This document shows, one piece after another, positions 47,540-56,192 of a DNA stretch of 64,000 nt. Within the stretch, counting starts at the first letter, position 1. Each line of letters starts with the position of its first letter. The notes beneath the pieces are model-generated. The model had not been told where the DNA came from, made no database searches, and saw only the letters and a list, made by a program, of their open reading frames with translations. Location of the stretch: assembly GCA_963717505.1 (NCBI GenBank), contig OY970342.1, positions 960,001 through 1,024,000 of the forward strand, given 5' to 3'. The translations under genes and the position numbers were made by a program. Source of the stretch: Candidatus Eiseniibacteriota bacterium. GTDB lineage: Bacteria; Eisenbacteria; RBG-16-71-46.

Positions 47540-49375
47540 ATGACCGACGTCATCCGCATTGCCAACGCCGGCGGCTACTGGGGCGACGACCTCGCGCAAC
47601 TTCACCGCCAGATCGAGCTGGGGCCGGTCGACTACGTGACCCTCGACTTCCTCGCCGAGATCACGATGTCGATCATGCAAAAGCAGCGCGCGCGCGATTC
47701 GCGCACCGGCTACGCCGCCGACTTCGTGACCCAGATCGAGCAGGCACTGCCCCTGATCGCCGAACGCGGCGTGCGCGTGATCACCAACGCCGGCGGGGTC
47801 AACCCGCAGGCGTGTCGAGCCGCGTTGATCGAGATGACGCAGCTCCACGGCAAACCGCTCGAGGTCGCCGCCGTTCTGGGCGACGATCTGATGGGGCGCA
47901 TTGGGGAGCTGAACGCGAACGGCGTCACGCTCGATAACATGGACGACGGCGCCAAATTCGCGGCGGTGCGCGATCGTGTGTCGTCGGCCAACGCTTACTT
48001 CGGCGCCTGGCCGGTGGTCGACGCCCTGCGCGCCGGCGCCCGCATCGTGGTCACCGGGCGCTGCACCGACACCGGAATCACGCTGGCGCCGATGATCCAC
48101 GAGTTCGGCTGGGCGGCCGACGACTGGGACCGGCTCGCGAGCGGGATCGTGGCCGGGCACATCGTCGAGTGCGGCGCCCAGAGCACCGGCGGCAACTTCA
48201 CCGACTGGCGCGGCGTCAAGAACTTCGCCGCGATTGGCTACCCGCTGATCGAAGTCCACGCCGACGGCTCGTTCGTGGTCACCAAGCACCCGGGCACCGG
48301 GGGTGCCGTCACGGTGCGCACGGTGAAGGAGCAACTGGTTTACGAGATGGGCGATCCGCGCAGTTACATCACCCCGGACGTGGTCGCCGACTTCGGCACC
48401 ATCCAAATCGAGCAGGTCGGGCGCGATCGGGTGCGGGTCTGGGGCGTGCGCGGCAGGCCGGCGCCACCGAATCTCAAGGTCAGCGCCTCCTACTTCGACG
48501 GCTGGAAGGCGAGCGGGACGCTGATCATTTCCGGGCCCGATGCGGTCGACAAGGCCCGCGCGTTCGCGAGTTTGTTTTGGGAGCGGCTCGGCCTGTCGTT
48601 CGCCGCGACCCATACCGAATTGATCGGACACTCGTCGTGCTGGGGACCGCTGGCCCCGCCGGTCGATCCACCCGAAGTACTGCTGCGACTGTCCGCGCGC
48701 GATGGCGACAAGTCCAAGATCGAGAAGTTTTCGAAGCTGATTCCGGCCGTGATCCTGTCGGGACCTCCCGGGGTCGCGGTGACCGGCGGCCGGCCCCCGG
48801 CCCAGGAAGTCGTCGCCTATTGGCCGGCCCTGGTGCCGCGCGATCGCGTGAAGCCGTGTCTCACCGCGCGCGACGGCGCACGGGCGCTCGAGTGGCCGAC
48901 CCCGATCGTCGCCGCCCAGAAACCAGCGCCACTCCCCCACGTGCGTTGGCCGGCGGCCAAAGGGGCGAAGAAGCAGGTCGCGGTTCCGCTGTCGAAGCTC
49001 GCTCACGGACGGAGCGGCGACAAAGGCGACACCTGCAACATCGGTGTGGTGGCGCGAGCACCCGAGGTCTACCCCTGGCTCAAGCGCACACTGACCGAGA
49101 AGCTGGTGCAGCGCCGCTTCAAAGGTATCTGTCTCGGCAAGGTCGAGCGTTTCGAAGTCCCCAATCTTTGGGCGCTCAACTTCCTGCTCCACGAATGTCT
49201 GGGCGGCGGTGGCACGGTGTCGCTGCGGCTCGACGCCCAGGGCAAGACGCTGTCGCACGCACTGCTGGCGATGGAAGTTCGCGCCCCGATCGCACTGGTG
49301 CGCGCCGCGGAGGCCGCGGATTCTCCCGGCCGCCGGCCGGCCGCACGCAAACCAAGATCCAGGAGAACCCGATGA
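47540..49375 (+). CDS. Acyclic terpene utilisation AtuA-family (DUF1446) protein, two-domain form
   Basis: IAN.GG.WGD, DFLAEITM, GH..ECGAQ.TGGN, EQL.YE, YITPDV, HGRSGDKGD, DAQGK. Confidence 0.9.
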   Translation: MTDVIRIANAGGYWGDDLAQLHRQIELGPVDYVTLDFLAEITMSIMQKQRARDSRTGYAADFVTQIEQALPLIAERGVRVITNAGGVNPQACRAALIEMTQLHGKPLEVAAVLGDDLMGRIGELNANGVTLDNMDDGAKFAAVRDRVSSANAYFGAWPVVDALRAGARIVVTGRCTDTGITLAPMIHEFGWAADDWDRLASGIVAGHIVECGAQSTGGNFTDWRGVKNFAAIGYPLIEVHADGSFVVTKHPGTGGAVTVRTVKEQLVYEMGDPRSYITPDVVADFGTIQIEQVGRDRVRVWGVRGRPAPPNLKVSASYFDGWKASGTLIISGPDAVDKARAFASLFWERLGLSFAATHTELIGHSSCWGPLAPPVDPPEVLLRLSARDGDKSKIEKFSKLIPAVILSGPPGVAVTGGRPPAQEVVAYWPALVPRDRVKPCLTARDGARALEWPTPIVAAQKPAPLPHVRWPAAKGAKKQVAVPLSKLAHGRSGDKGDTCNIGVVARAPEVYPWLKRTLTEKLVQRRFKGICLGKVERFEVPNLWALNFLLHECLGGGGTVSLRLDAQGKTLSHALLAMEVRAPIALVRAAEAADSPGRRPAARKPRSRRTR

Positions 49376-49890
49376 ACAAGCAGACGCTCGACCAGATGTT
49401 CAACCACCTGCTGCAAGTCCACGGCGTCGGGATGCGGATCATCGACCTGATTCCGCCGGACAAGATCGACGCTCATCCGATTCCCGGCATGCGCACGCCC
49501 AAGGAGCTGGTGGTGCACATGTACGCGATGGTGGTGCGCGAGATGGCCGAAGGCGTCCTGCGCGGCAACATCACCGAGCTCGACGAGAAAGCGATCTGCG
49601 AGCGCATCAAGACTCACGCGGACCTGGTCCGGTTCGCGAAGGAATCGTGGTCCGCCGGCGAGGCGGCGCGCGCCAAGATCACCGACCAGCACCTGTCGGC
49701 GATCGTTCAGACACCGTGGGACTTCAAGGCGCCGGGCTACATCATGTTCGGCATCACCCACGACGAGTACCTGCATCACCGCGGGCAGCTTTACGCCTTC
49801 CTGCGCGTGTTCGGCATCGAGCCGATCATGATGTGGGACTTCGGGCACAACGCGCCCGAGTACCAGCCGAAGCAGACCGCCGGCGCATGA
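49372..49890 (+). CDS. DinB family protein
   Basis: RTPKELVVH; HDEYLHHRGQL..FLR; ATGA overlap with the upstream gene. Confidence 0.9.
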   Translation: MNKQTLDQMFNHLLQVHGVGMRIIDLIPPDKIDAHPIPGMRTPKELVVHMYAMVVREMAEGVLRGNITELDEKAICERIKTHADLVRFAKESWSAGEAARAKITDQHLSAIVQTPWDFKAPGYIMFGITHDEYLHHRGQLYAFLRVFGIEPIMMWDFGHNAPEYQPKQTAGA

Positions 49891-49950
49891 CCGCGGCGCA
49901 CCCGACCGGGGGCGCGGCATTCCCTCGCGCGGGAGCAACTCTCGGCTCCA

Positions 49951-49992
49951 GAAAGAACGACGGCCCGCCCCGAGCGAAGTGGGGCGGGCCGT
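49951..49992 (-). terminator. Intrinsic terminator, U-rich tail on the minus strand
   Basis: 12-bp stem ACGGCCCGCCCC/GGGGCGGGCCGT; minus-strand tail CGTTCTTTC. Confidence 0.65.
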
Positions 49993-50001
49993 TCGCGACC
50001 C

Positions 50002-50080
50002 AAAAAGTTAATGGGGGCTGTTGCCTGGAGGACCCGGGGCCGCACCGGATCACTTCCTGAACAACCTCCCCCACTTACCT
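50002..50080 (-). ncRNA. Candidate small RNA (long irregular hairpin)
   Basis: AGGUAAGUGGGGG...CCCCCAUUAACUU outer stem with inner stems; G-U pairs work on the minus strand; ends in a U tract. Confidence 0.4.
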
Positions 50081-50267
50081 GCCTGTAGATGTACCCCCTC
50101 CTCGGGGAGTGCACTTTTTTTCGCCCGAGTTTCGTCGAAGCGGGGCTTTTTGCACTCGTTTGACGATGGCTCCGTGATCTCACGTAGTCCGGGGACGTTC
50201 CGACAACGACTTGGCGGCTCGGGCCCAATGGTGCGCCGGGACCGTATCGATCTCCGGAATTCCGCTC

Positions 50268-50333
50268 TTGACGAGCCCGCGCTCCAGCCGCTATTAAGGT
50301 AAGCCAAACCAATGTTAGGGTCGGCTAATCGGG
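50268..50333 (+). promoter_or_regulatory. sigma70-like promoter overlapped by tandem DtxR/IdeR boxes
   Basis: TTGACG-N18-TATTAA; TAAGGTAAGCCAAACCAAT (50295-50313, 16/19 to TWAGGTWAGSCTWACCTWA) and TTAGGGTCGGCTAATCGGG (50315-50333, 13/19). Confidence 0.75.
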
Positions 50334-50374
50334 CTCGGGCTGCACCCGGCTTTCCCCGCGGAGGACCTGCAAAC

Positions 50375-50893
50375 ATGCTCACCGGTAAGTACGCCACTCC
50401 CAACGAGCTGAGTGCGAGCAGCGAGCACTATCTGCGGGCCATCTGGGAGGTTCGGGGCCGGCAGGGCTACGCGCGAGTCGCGGACGTCGCGCGGGAGCTG
50501 GAGGTCACGCCACCTACTCTCTCGGTCGGGCTCAAACCGCTCGAGAGCCGCGGCCTGATCGCCCACGACGAGCGGCGATTCCTGCTGCTGACCGCCGAAG
50601 GCGAACGCGTCGCGCGCCAGGTCCACCATCGGTTTGCGGTCGTGCGGGCGTTCCTCGGCGACGTTCTTGGCGTACCCGAGGATCGAGCGTTGAACGAGGC
50701 GTGTCGCCTCGAGCATCACCTCAGCAGCGACACTGCGGAGCGGATTCTCGATCTCATCAAGCTACTGCGCGAGGACGACGAACTGCGCCAGTTCTTCCAG
50801 AGGCGTTTCGCCGAGTTCCACCGCTCCTGTCGGCCGTCGTCGGAGTGTTCGACGTGCGATCTTGCCTGCATGAGCGGGGCTACTCCCGCGTGA
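50375..50893 (+). CDS. DtxR/MntR family metal-dependent repressor with C-terminal 4-Cys motif
   Basis: EHYL.AI, DVA..L.V.PPT, LT.EG, EACRLEHHLS; tail CRPSSECSTCDLAC. Confidence 0.92.
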   Translation: MLTGKYATPNELSASSEHYLRAIWEVRGRQGYARVADVARELEVTPPTLSVGLKPLESRGLIAHDERRFLLLTAEGERVARQVHHRFAVVRAFLGDVLGVPEDRALNEACRLEHHLSSDTAERILDLIKLLREDDELRQFFQRRFAEFHRSCRPSSECSTCDLACMSGATPA

Positions 50894-51594
50894 TCCTCAC
50901 CCGCCGCGCGGCACTGGCGGCGGGTATCTCACTGACGGTCGTGGCGACCACCGCCGCGCACGACCTGCGTTATCACGTGTTCGCCGTCCAGCGGTCGCGC
51001 CCGGCGCTGGGGACCCTGTGTTCCGCGGTGGCCGAAGAGGCGGACTCGGTGGCGGCAGCCGCGGCTCTCGATCGGGCGCTCGACGCCGCGACCGACTTCG
51101 AATCACCGACCGGAACCGGGAAGAGCGGTGGTGCGGCGTGGTCGGCCGAGAGCCGGGGCCTGGCCCTCGACCGGGCCGCCGACAGCCTGAGGGCGCACCG
51201 CATGCACCGCGTCCTGCTCAACTTCGGCGGCGAGATCCTAGGGCTCGGCGACTGGACCGTGACGGTGGCGCACCCGCAGGATCGCACCCCCGTGTTTCGG
51301 GTGAGCGTCAGCGACGCCGCGGTGTCGACGTCGGATCCCTCCGAGCGAGGCGAGGGCGCGACCGCGTCTTTCGCCGGTTCGGTCACCGTGGTTGCGGGCA
51401 CTGCGACCCAGGCGGTCGCGCTCGCCACCGACCTCGTGGTCATGGGGCGCGACGATGCGCGCCGCTGGTCGAAGCGGCACCCCGACGTCGGCGTGTTGTG
51501 GGTCGAGCCCAACGGCAAGGGCCTCAAGGCCTGGAAATGGAATCTCGACCAAATCGAATCGCGGCCCGACGTCCGGGTCGCCTGGAATCGCTGA
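50890..51594 (+). CDS. Short, degenerate ApbE-like (FAD:protein FMN transferase) protein
   Basis: GTGA overlap; LGT, RG.ALD, LNFGGE, W.V.V.HP, AVSTS, SVTVVA, ALAT; only 234 aa. Confidence 0.7.
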   Translation: MILTRRAALAAGISLTVVATTAAHDLRYHVFAVQRSRPALGTLCSAVAEEADSVAAAAALDRALDAATDFESPTGTGKSGGAAWSAESRGLALDRAADSLRAHRMHRVLLNFGGEILGLGDWTVTVAHPQDRTPVFRVSVSDAAVSTSDPSERGEGATASFAGSVTVVAGTATQAVALATDLVVMGRDDARRWSKRHPDVGVLWVEPNGKGLKAWKWNLDQIESRPDVRVAWNR

Positions 51595-51618
51595 CCCAAT
51601 CACCAAAGGAGGTCGACC

Positions 51619-52005
51619 ATGGACACTCGCATCCGGATTTTGCTTCCCGCTCTCGTCATCGTGGCCGCGATGATGGTCGCAACCCTGGGGTGCTCCAAAG
51701 ACGACTCAACGACGAATCCGCCGGTCGCGCGCGAGCTGGATTCGGGCAACTTCGGAGCCGGGCAGCGATACGTCCACACGTTTGCCAACCCCGGCAACTA
51801 CGGCTACCACTGCGAGCGTCATCCGGTCATGCGCAGCAGCATCACGGTCGCGGCCGGCGGGCTCGACTCGCTGATCGTTCTGATCCAGAACAGTTCGGCG
51901 AGCGGATTTCAGGCTCAGGCGGTCGGCGGCGTGACGACGGTGGCGCCGGGCGGGTATGTCAGCTGGCAGAATCAGGATCAGACTCACACGGTGACGAGCC
52001 ACTGA
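51619..52005 (+). CDS. Cupredoxin-like lipoprotein, apparently circularly permuted
   Basis: RBS AAGGAGG; lipobox LGC; YHCERHPVM precedes PGGYVSWQNQDQTHTVTS. Confidence 0.8.
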   Translation: MDTRIRILLPALVIVAAMMVATLGCSKDDSTTNPPVARELDSGNFGAGQRYVHTFANPGNYGYHCERHPVMRSSITVAAGGLDSLIVLIQNSSASGFQAQAVGGVTTVAPGGYVSWQNQDQTHTVTSH

Positions 52006-52183
52006 TCCTTCCGCTTCGGTTCGCCACAATCCGGGCTTGACGCGCCGCTGACTCGGCGTCGCCGGCGCGTCTGCACGGCGTGGCACCCCTGCCACACCCG
52101 CGGGCACGGAATGGGTTCCGGCTCCCGGCATGGAACCCCGCAACTCATTGTGGTTGAACTCCTCTCGCCCGTTCTCCTCCTGC

Positions 52184-52199
52184 TGGCATCGCGCCTGCA
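52184..52199 (+). promoter_or_regulatory. Candidate sigma54 (-24/-12) promoter
   Basis: TGGCATCGCGCCTGCA with correct GG-N10-GC spacing, 54 bp before the ATG at 52254. Confidence 0.6.
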
Positions 52200-52253
52200 T
52201 TGGGACTCCAGCGAAGTCGCCGCCCTGGCATCGCTCGCAATGGGGAGGACGTC

Positions 52254-52700
52254 ATGCATCTGTCGACCAACATCCGCCGCATGACCGCGGCCGTGCTGCT
52301 CGGGTCCTTCGCGCTGAGCGCGATGGCGCCAGCGGCCGAAGCCGGACAACGCGGGCACGGTCGCAAATGGAAGCGCGTTCACACCGTGACTCACGTCCAT
52401 CACACCTCGGATTGCCACGACGGGCTGCCGGCGTTCGCCGGATTCGTCGGTGGGCTGATCGTCGGCGCCGCGGTCTCGAACGCGTACGCCGCGCCGCCAC
52501 CGCCGCCGCGGTACTTCTACTACGACCCTTACTGCAACGTCCGCTGGACGAGCATCGACGCCTGCACGCCGCACTTCCGCGCCTGCAGCCACCCGCGCAC
52601 CGTTCGCGTCGTGGACGTGCGAAGTGGACACAGCGTCGAGCGCTGGACCTGGTACCACGGCCGCTGGCACGACAGTCACGGTTACGATCACGACGACTGA
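52254..52700 (+). CDS. Exported His-rich hypothetical protein
   Basis: RBS GGAGG; signal peptide (AEA); glycine-zipper-like GFVGGLIVGAAV; poly-Pro; YYDPYC. Confidence 0.75.
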   Translation: MHLSTNIRRMTAAVLLGSFALSAMAPAAEAGQRGHGRKWKRVHTVTHVHHTSDCHDGLPAFAGFVGGLIVGAAVSNAYAAPPPPPRYFYYDPYCNVRWTSIDACTPHFRACSHPRTVRVVDVRSGHSVERWTWYHGRWHDSHGYDHDD

Positions 52701-52777
52701 TCGATGTGTGAGCTCGTGAGGCGCACTCGGAGAAGGGGAGCGTCCAGAGCTGCGATAGCGGGCTCACCATCTGTACG

Positions 52778-52811
52778 ACGGGCGGCGCGAAAGCGCCGCC
52801 CGTTCGTGTTT
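52778..52811 (+). terminator. Intrinsic terminator with GAAA tetraloop
   Basis: ACGGGCGGCGC-GAAA-GCGCCGCCCGT followed by TCGTGTTT. Confidence 0.7.
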
Positions 52812-52869
52812 CGTGAACGAGCTTCGGAAGTTCGCACGATACTGAACTTTCGGAGCTCGGATGCCGAAC

Positions 52870-54336
52870 TCAGGCCGCCAGCATCTCCCCGGTCGAGATC
52901 GGCAGCTCCTCGGGCCGCATGACACGCGCCACTCGTTCCTCGCGCGGCATCGGCGTCCATAGCACCGGATCTTCGTCGGGGACGACATCGCCTCCCGGCA
53001 GAACGAGGACCCGGCAGTGCGGGCGGCGCAGATCGAAAACGTTCGGGCTCAGGGACAGCACGATGTGCCCGGAGTGCGTCTCGAGCAGTGACCCCGCGGG
53101 GAAGAGCCCGGTGGTGTGGACCAGTGCCCACAACACCGCCGGGTCGAACTGGACGCGATTCGGGCCCAGGAAGTACTGAAGCGCTTCGAACGCCGACGGT
53201 GGCCGCATCTGGTAGGCGCGGTGGGACGTCATCGCGTCGAAGCAATCGGCGACCGCCACGATGCGCGACAGGGTCGACTGGCCCCAGTCGTGGGCGACGT
53301 CCGGATAGCCGGTCTGGTCGAAGTTCATGTGGTGTTCGAACGCGACCCGAATGGTATCGAGCATCGAGTGCGACAGGCCGGGCATGCGAAGCAGCATGCC
53401 GACGCCCTCGACCGGATGGCGCCGGATCGAGTTCCACTCCTCGGGGGTCAGTTTGGCCGGCTTGCGCAGGATGTCGCCGGACACCGCCAGCTTGCCGATG
53501 TCGTGCAGCAGCCCGGCGACCCCGAGATTGGCCAGCGTCTGGCGCTCCATGCCCAGGACGTGGCCCATGCTGACCGAGAGCACGCTCACGTTCACGCAAT
53601 GGGCGTAGGTGTATTGGTCGTGGTCCTTGAGCGCGGTCATGCCGACGATCGAGAACTCGTTCTTGAGCACGTTGTCGACGATCGGCTGGACCAGCCGCTT
53701 GGCGTGACGCAGATCGGGCCGGCCGGATTGCCGCGCCTTGAGCACGATCTTCTTCGCGCCGAGCACCGCCCGCCAGAAGACCCGCTTGGCGCGGCCGCGC
53801 TCCGATGTCGGATCGTATGCGCCGAGCGCCTTCGGGTCCTCGTCCGTCAGGCTCTGCTCGCCCAGCGGCACGACGTGGTAGACGCTCGCCTCCTGCACGG
53901 CCTCGCTCAGCCGCGACGACAACGTCGGATCTTCGGCCGCCAGGAACAGCTGGAAGAAGCGCTCGAACTCGGCGGGGGTCACGCCCTGGACGATCTTGAT
54001 GCCGCCGAGGTTCCGGCGCTCGAACTCGCCGAGTAGTGCGTGGTAGATCGACAGGAATGACGGCGTCGCGCGCACGCGCACGCCGTTCAGATAGAAATAA
54101 TCCGAGGCGGCGGCGAGCGTGACGTCGTGTTCCTCTTCCAGCGCCTTGAGGACGACCTCCATGAATTCGCGCAGCTTGCGTTGGAATGCCTCGTTGGCGA
54201 CGTCGTGGGTGCGTGCCACCCGGATCAACGTGGTCAGGTGGATGACCAACGGCACGCCGACCGCGGCGAGGAACGCCTCGTGCGGGTCGTGGGCGGCGGC
54301 GGGCCGGGCCGAGGCGTCGTGGCCGGGTGCGTTCAT
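52870..54336 (-). CDS. HD-GYP cyclic-dinucleotide phosphodiesterase with uncharacterised N-terminal domain
   Basis: DQYTYAH, LLHDIGK, HP..G, HH..FD.TGYP, AD.FDAM..RAY; ATG overlaps the upstream stop. Confidence 0.9.
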   Translation of the reverse strand: MNAPGHDASARPAAAHDPHEAFLAAVGVPLVIHLTTLIRVARTHDVANEAFQRKLREFMEVVLKALEEEHDVTLAAASDYFYLNGVRVRATPSFLSIYHALLGEFERRNLGGIKIVQGVTPAEFERFFQLFLAAEDPTLSSRLSEAVQEASVYHVVPLGEQSLTDEDPKALGAYDPTSERGRAKRVFWRAVLGAKKIVLKARQSGRPDLRHAKRLVQPIVDNVLKNEFSIVGMTALKDHDQYTYAHCVNVSVLSVSMGHVLGMERQTLANLGVAGLLHDIGKLAVSGDILRKPAKLTPEEWNSIRRHPVEGVGMLLRMPGLSHSMLDTIRVAFEHHMNFDQTGYPDVAHDWGQSTLSRIVAVADCFDAMTSHRAYQMRPPSAFEALQYFLGPNRVQFDPAVLWALVHTTGLFPAGSLLETHSGHIVLSLSPNVFDLRRPHCRVLVLPGGDVVPDEDPVLWTPMPREERVARVMRPEELPISTGEMLAA

Positions 54337-56108
54337 TCGCTCGGCGCCCAACCCAGCAGCGCTTCCTCACAGGCGCGACGCACGGCACCGCGCTTGGAAT
54401 GCGTGCCGCGCTCGAGCGCGAGCATCGATTCCGTGGTTCCGATTCGCGCCAGACAGCGGGCGACCGCGGTTCGGTGATCCTCGTGCTGGAGGGAAAGCCA
54501 GTTACCACGCATCATCTCGTCTTCGAGTTCGGGAATCAGCTCGTCGCCGGCGGTCTGCGCGAGCGCCAGGTACGCTGCGCGCTTCTCGGGCGCCGGGCGG
54601 CGCTCGAAATCGTCGCGCCGGATGAACTCGAAGATCCGCCGCGCGGTCGCGGGCTCGCGCTCTCGCCCGAGCTGGTGGAGTACCGAACAAAACATGCGCG
54701 TGTCCGAACCTTCGAGCAGCTCGATCATGACGTGGCGGGTGAGGGAGAGCGGCGCGCGCATCAACGCGGCGACCACGGCGTAGCCGACCTGGGGATCCGG
54801 ATGGCGCGCCACGGTCTCGAGCAGGGGCACCGCTGCCTCGCTGCCGATCCCGCCCAGGATGTTCACGACGTTGCGCACGACGACCACGCGCGGATCCGCG
54901 AGCCACGGCGCCAGGCGCTCGGGGTTGTCGCGGCAGCGACGGGCGACCGCCTCCGAGAGCACCCGACGGGTGCGCCGGTAGCCGCTCTGTCCGATCACGG
55001 CGACCAGCAGGTCGACCTCGGTGTCCCCCAGAATGCGGGTGAAGCCGAGGAAGTCGCGAACGCCTTCGAGATCCTGGAGGTCGAGGCGCGACGCGATCTG
55101 CGTGACCGAGACCGGCTGCATCAGTTCCTGCAGGAAGACCTCGCGCGACCAGTTCGTTTCGCCGTATTCGACCAGCAGTCCCACGCAGGCGTTGGCCGCG
55201 CGCCAGTGACCTTGGTCGAGGGCTTCACGCAACACGCGCGGAAGGAAGCGGGCGAGATCACCGGTATCCACGGGAGGCGTACTGGCCGCGACGTAGGCCT
55301 GGACGATCGCGATCGCGGCGGTGGTCAGGGGAACGGCGTGCTCTGCCCGGTACTCTTCGTGCAGCCGCCAGATCTCGGTCGGCGCCAGACTTTCGATCTC
55401 GGCGAACCCGGCCTCGACTTCGACCGTGTATTCGGCGACCGCCCAGTCGTCGGAACGGATGCCTTCACCCTCGGCGCCGACTTCCTCCACGACCACGATC
55501 GATCCCGGCTGATCGGCCTCGACGGTCTGGACAGGCCACGGCATGGGATCCGGGTCGTCCGAGTCGTCCTCACCCCCGGAGCCGACCTCGCTCTCGGCCG
55601 GGACATAGTCCAGGTCGATGTGCTCGAGGTGCGCCTCCCACAACAGGGTCACCAGGTCGTGGTCCGCCGTGGCGATGGTGGACGCACGCGCGACCGCGCT
55701 CACCAGGTGGTCCACTTCGCTGCGCACGATGCCGGGTGACAGCGTCAACGAGCGGATTCCGTCCCGGTAGAACGGCATCGCCAGGTTGTCGTCGCGCGAG
55801 CGAGCGGCGTACATCGAGACGCCGTCGAACTGCACGTCGTCGGTCGAGAAGCGCAGCGTCAGCGGTCCGTGCTCCTCGGTCAGCCGGGCGAGGTTCTCCG
55901 CCAGGTCGTCGATGAACCGGATCAGCGTCGGGTTGTTGGCTTCGTACAGGCGATAGGTCTTGAGCGTGCGGACGAACTGCTGCACCCATCCCTTGGCCGA
56001 CCGCTGGGCCGCGGTTTCCGGGTCCCCGCCGGCGCCGGATGGCGCGGGCGGGGGATCGCTTCTGGAAAGGTCGGGGTTCCGGGTCGGAACCGACATGGCC
56101 TGCCCCAT
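54333..56108 (-). CDS. HEAT-repeat protein with uncharacterised N-terminal domain
   Basis: L.DP...VVRNVV.ILG.IG, HPD.QV, A.CLA.IG repeats; acidic linker. Confidence 0.85.
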   Translation of the reverse strand: MGQAMSVPTRNPDLSRSDPPPAPSGAGGDPETAAQRSAKGWVQQFVRTLKTYRLYEANNPTLIRFIDDLAENLARLTEEHGPLTLRFSTDDVQFDGVSMYAARSRDDNLAMPFYRDGIRSLTLSPGIVRSEVDHLVSAVARASTIATADHDLVTLLWEAHLEHIDLDYVPAESEVGSGGEDDSDDPDPMPWPVQTVEADQPGSIVVVEEVGAEGEGIRSDDWAVAEYTVEVEAGFAEIESLAPTEIWRLHEEYRAEHAVPLTTAAIAIVQAYVAASTPPVDTGDLARFLPRVLREALDQGHWRAANACVGLLVEYGETNWSREVFLQELMQPVSVTQIASRLDLQDLEGVRDFLGFTRILGDTEVDLLVAVIGQSGYRRTRRVLSEAVARRCRDNPERLAPWLADPRVVVVRNVVNILGGIGSEAAVPLLETVARHPDPQVGYAVVAALMRAPLSLTRHVMIELLEGSDTRMFCSVLHQLGREREPATARRIFEFIRRDDFERRPAPEKRAAYLALAQTAGDELIPELEDEMMRGNWLSLQHEDHRTAVARCLARIGTTESMLALERGTHSKRGAVRRACEEALLGWAPSE

Positions 56109-56192
56109 CCCTGGATGAGTGCGAAGTGCGAGGAACGAAAGGGGTTATCGGCCTCGGGCCGGGGGCCCTTGAGGTTCCGGCGAGGTTCCGGC

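Noticed and set aside
49826-50074. 82-aa minus-strand ORF over the candidate sRNA
   Set aside because: No clear RBS, atypical composition, runs through terminator hairpins and overlaps dinB antisense.
50002-50080. Hairpin considered as SRP RNA, 6S RNA or tRNA
   Set aside because: Lacks the SRP domain IV motif, is too short for 6S, and has no cloverleaf or T-loop.
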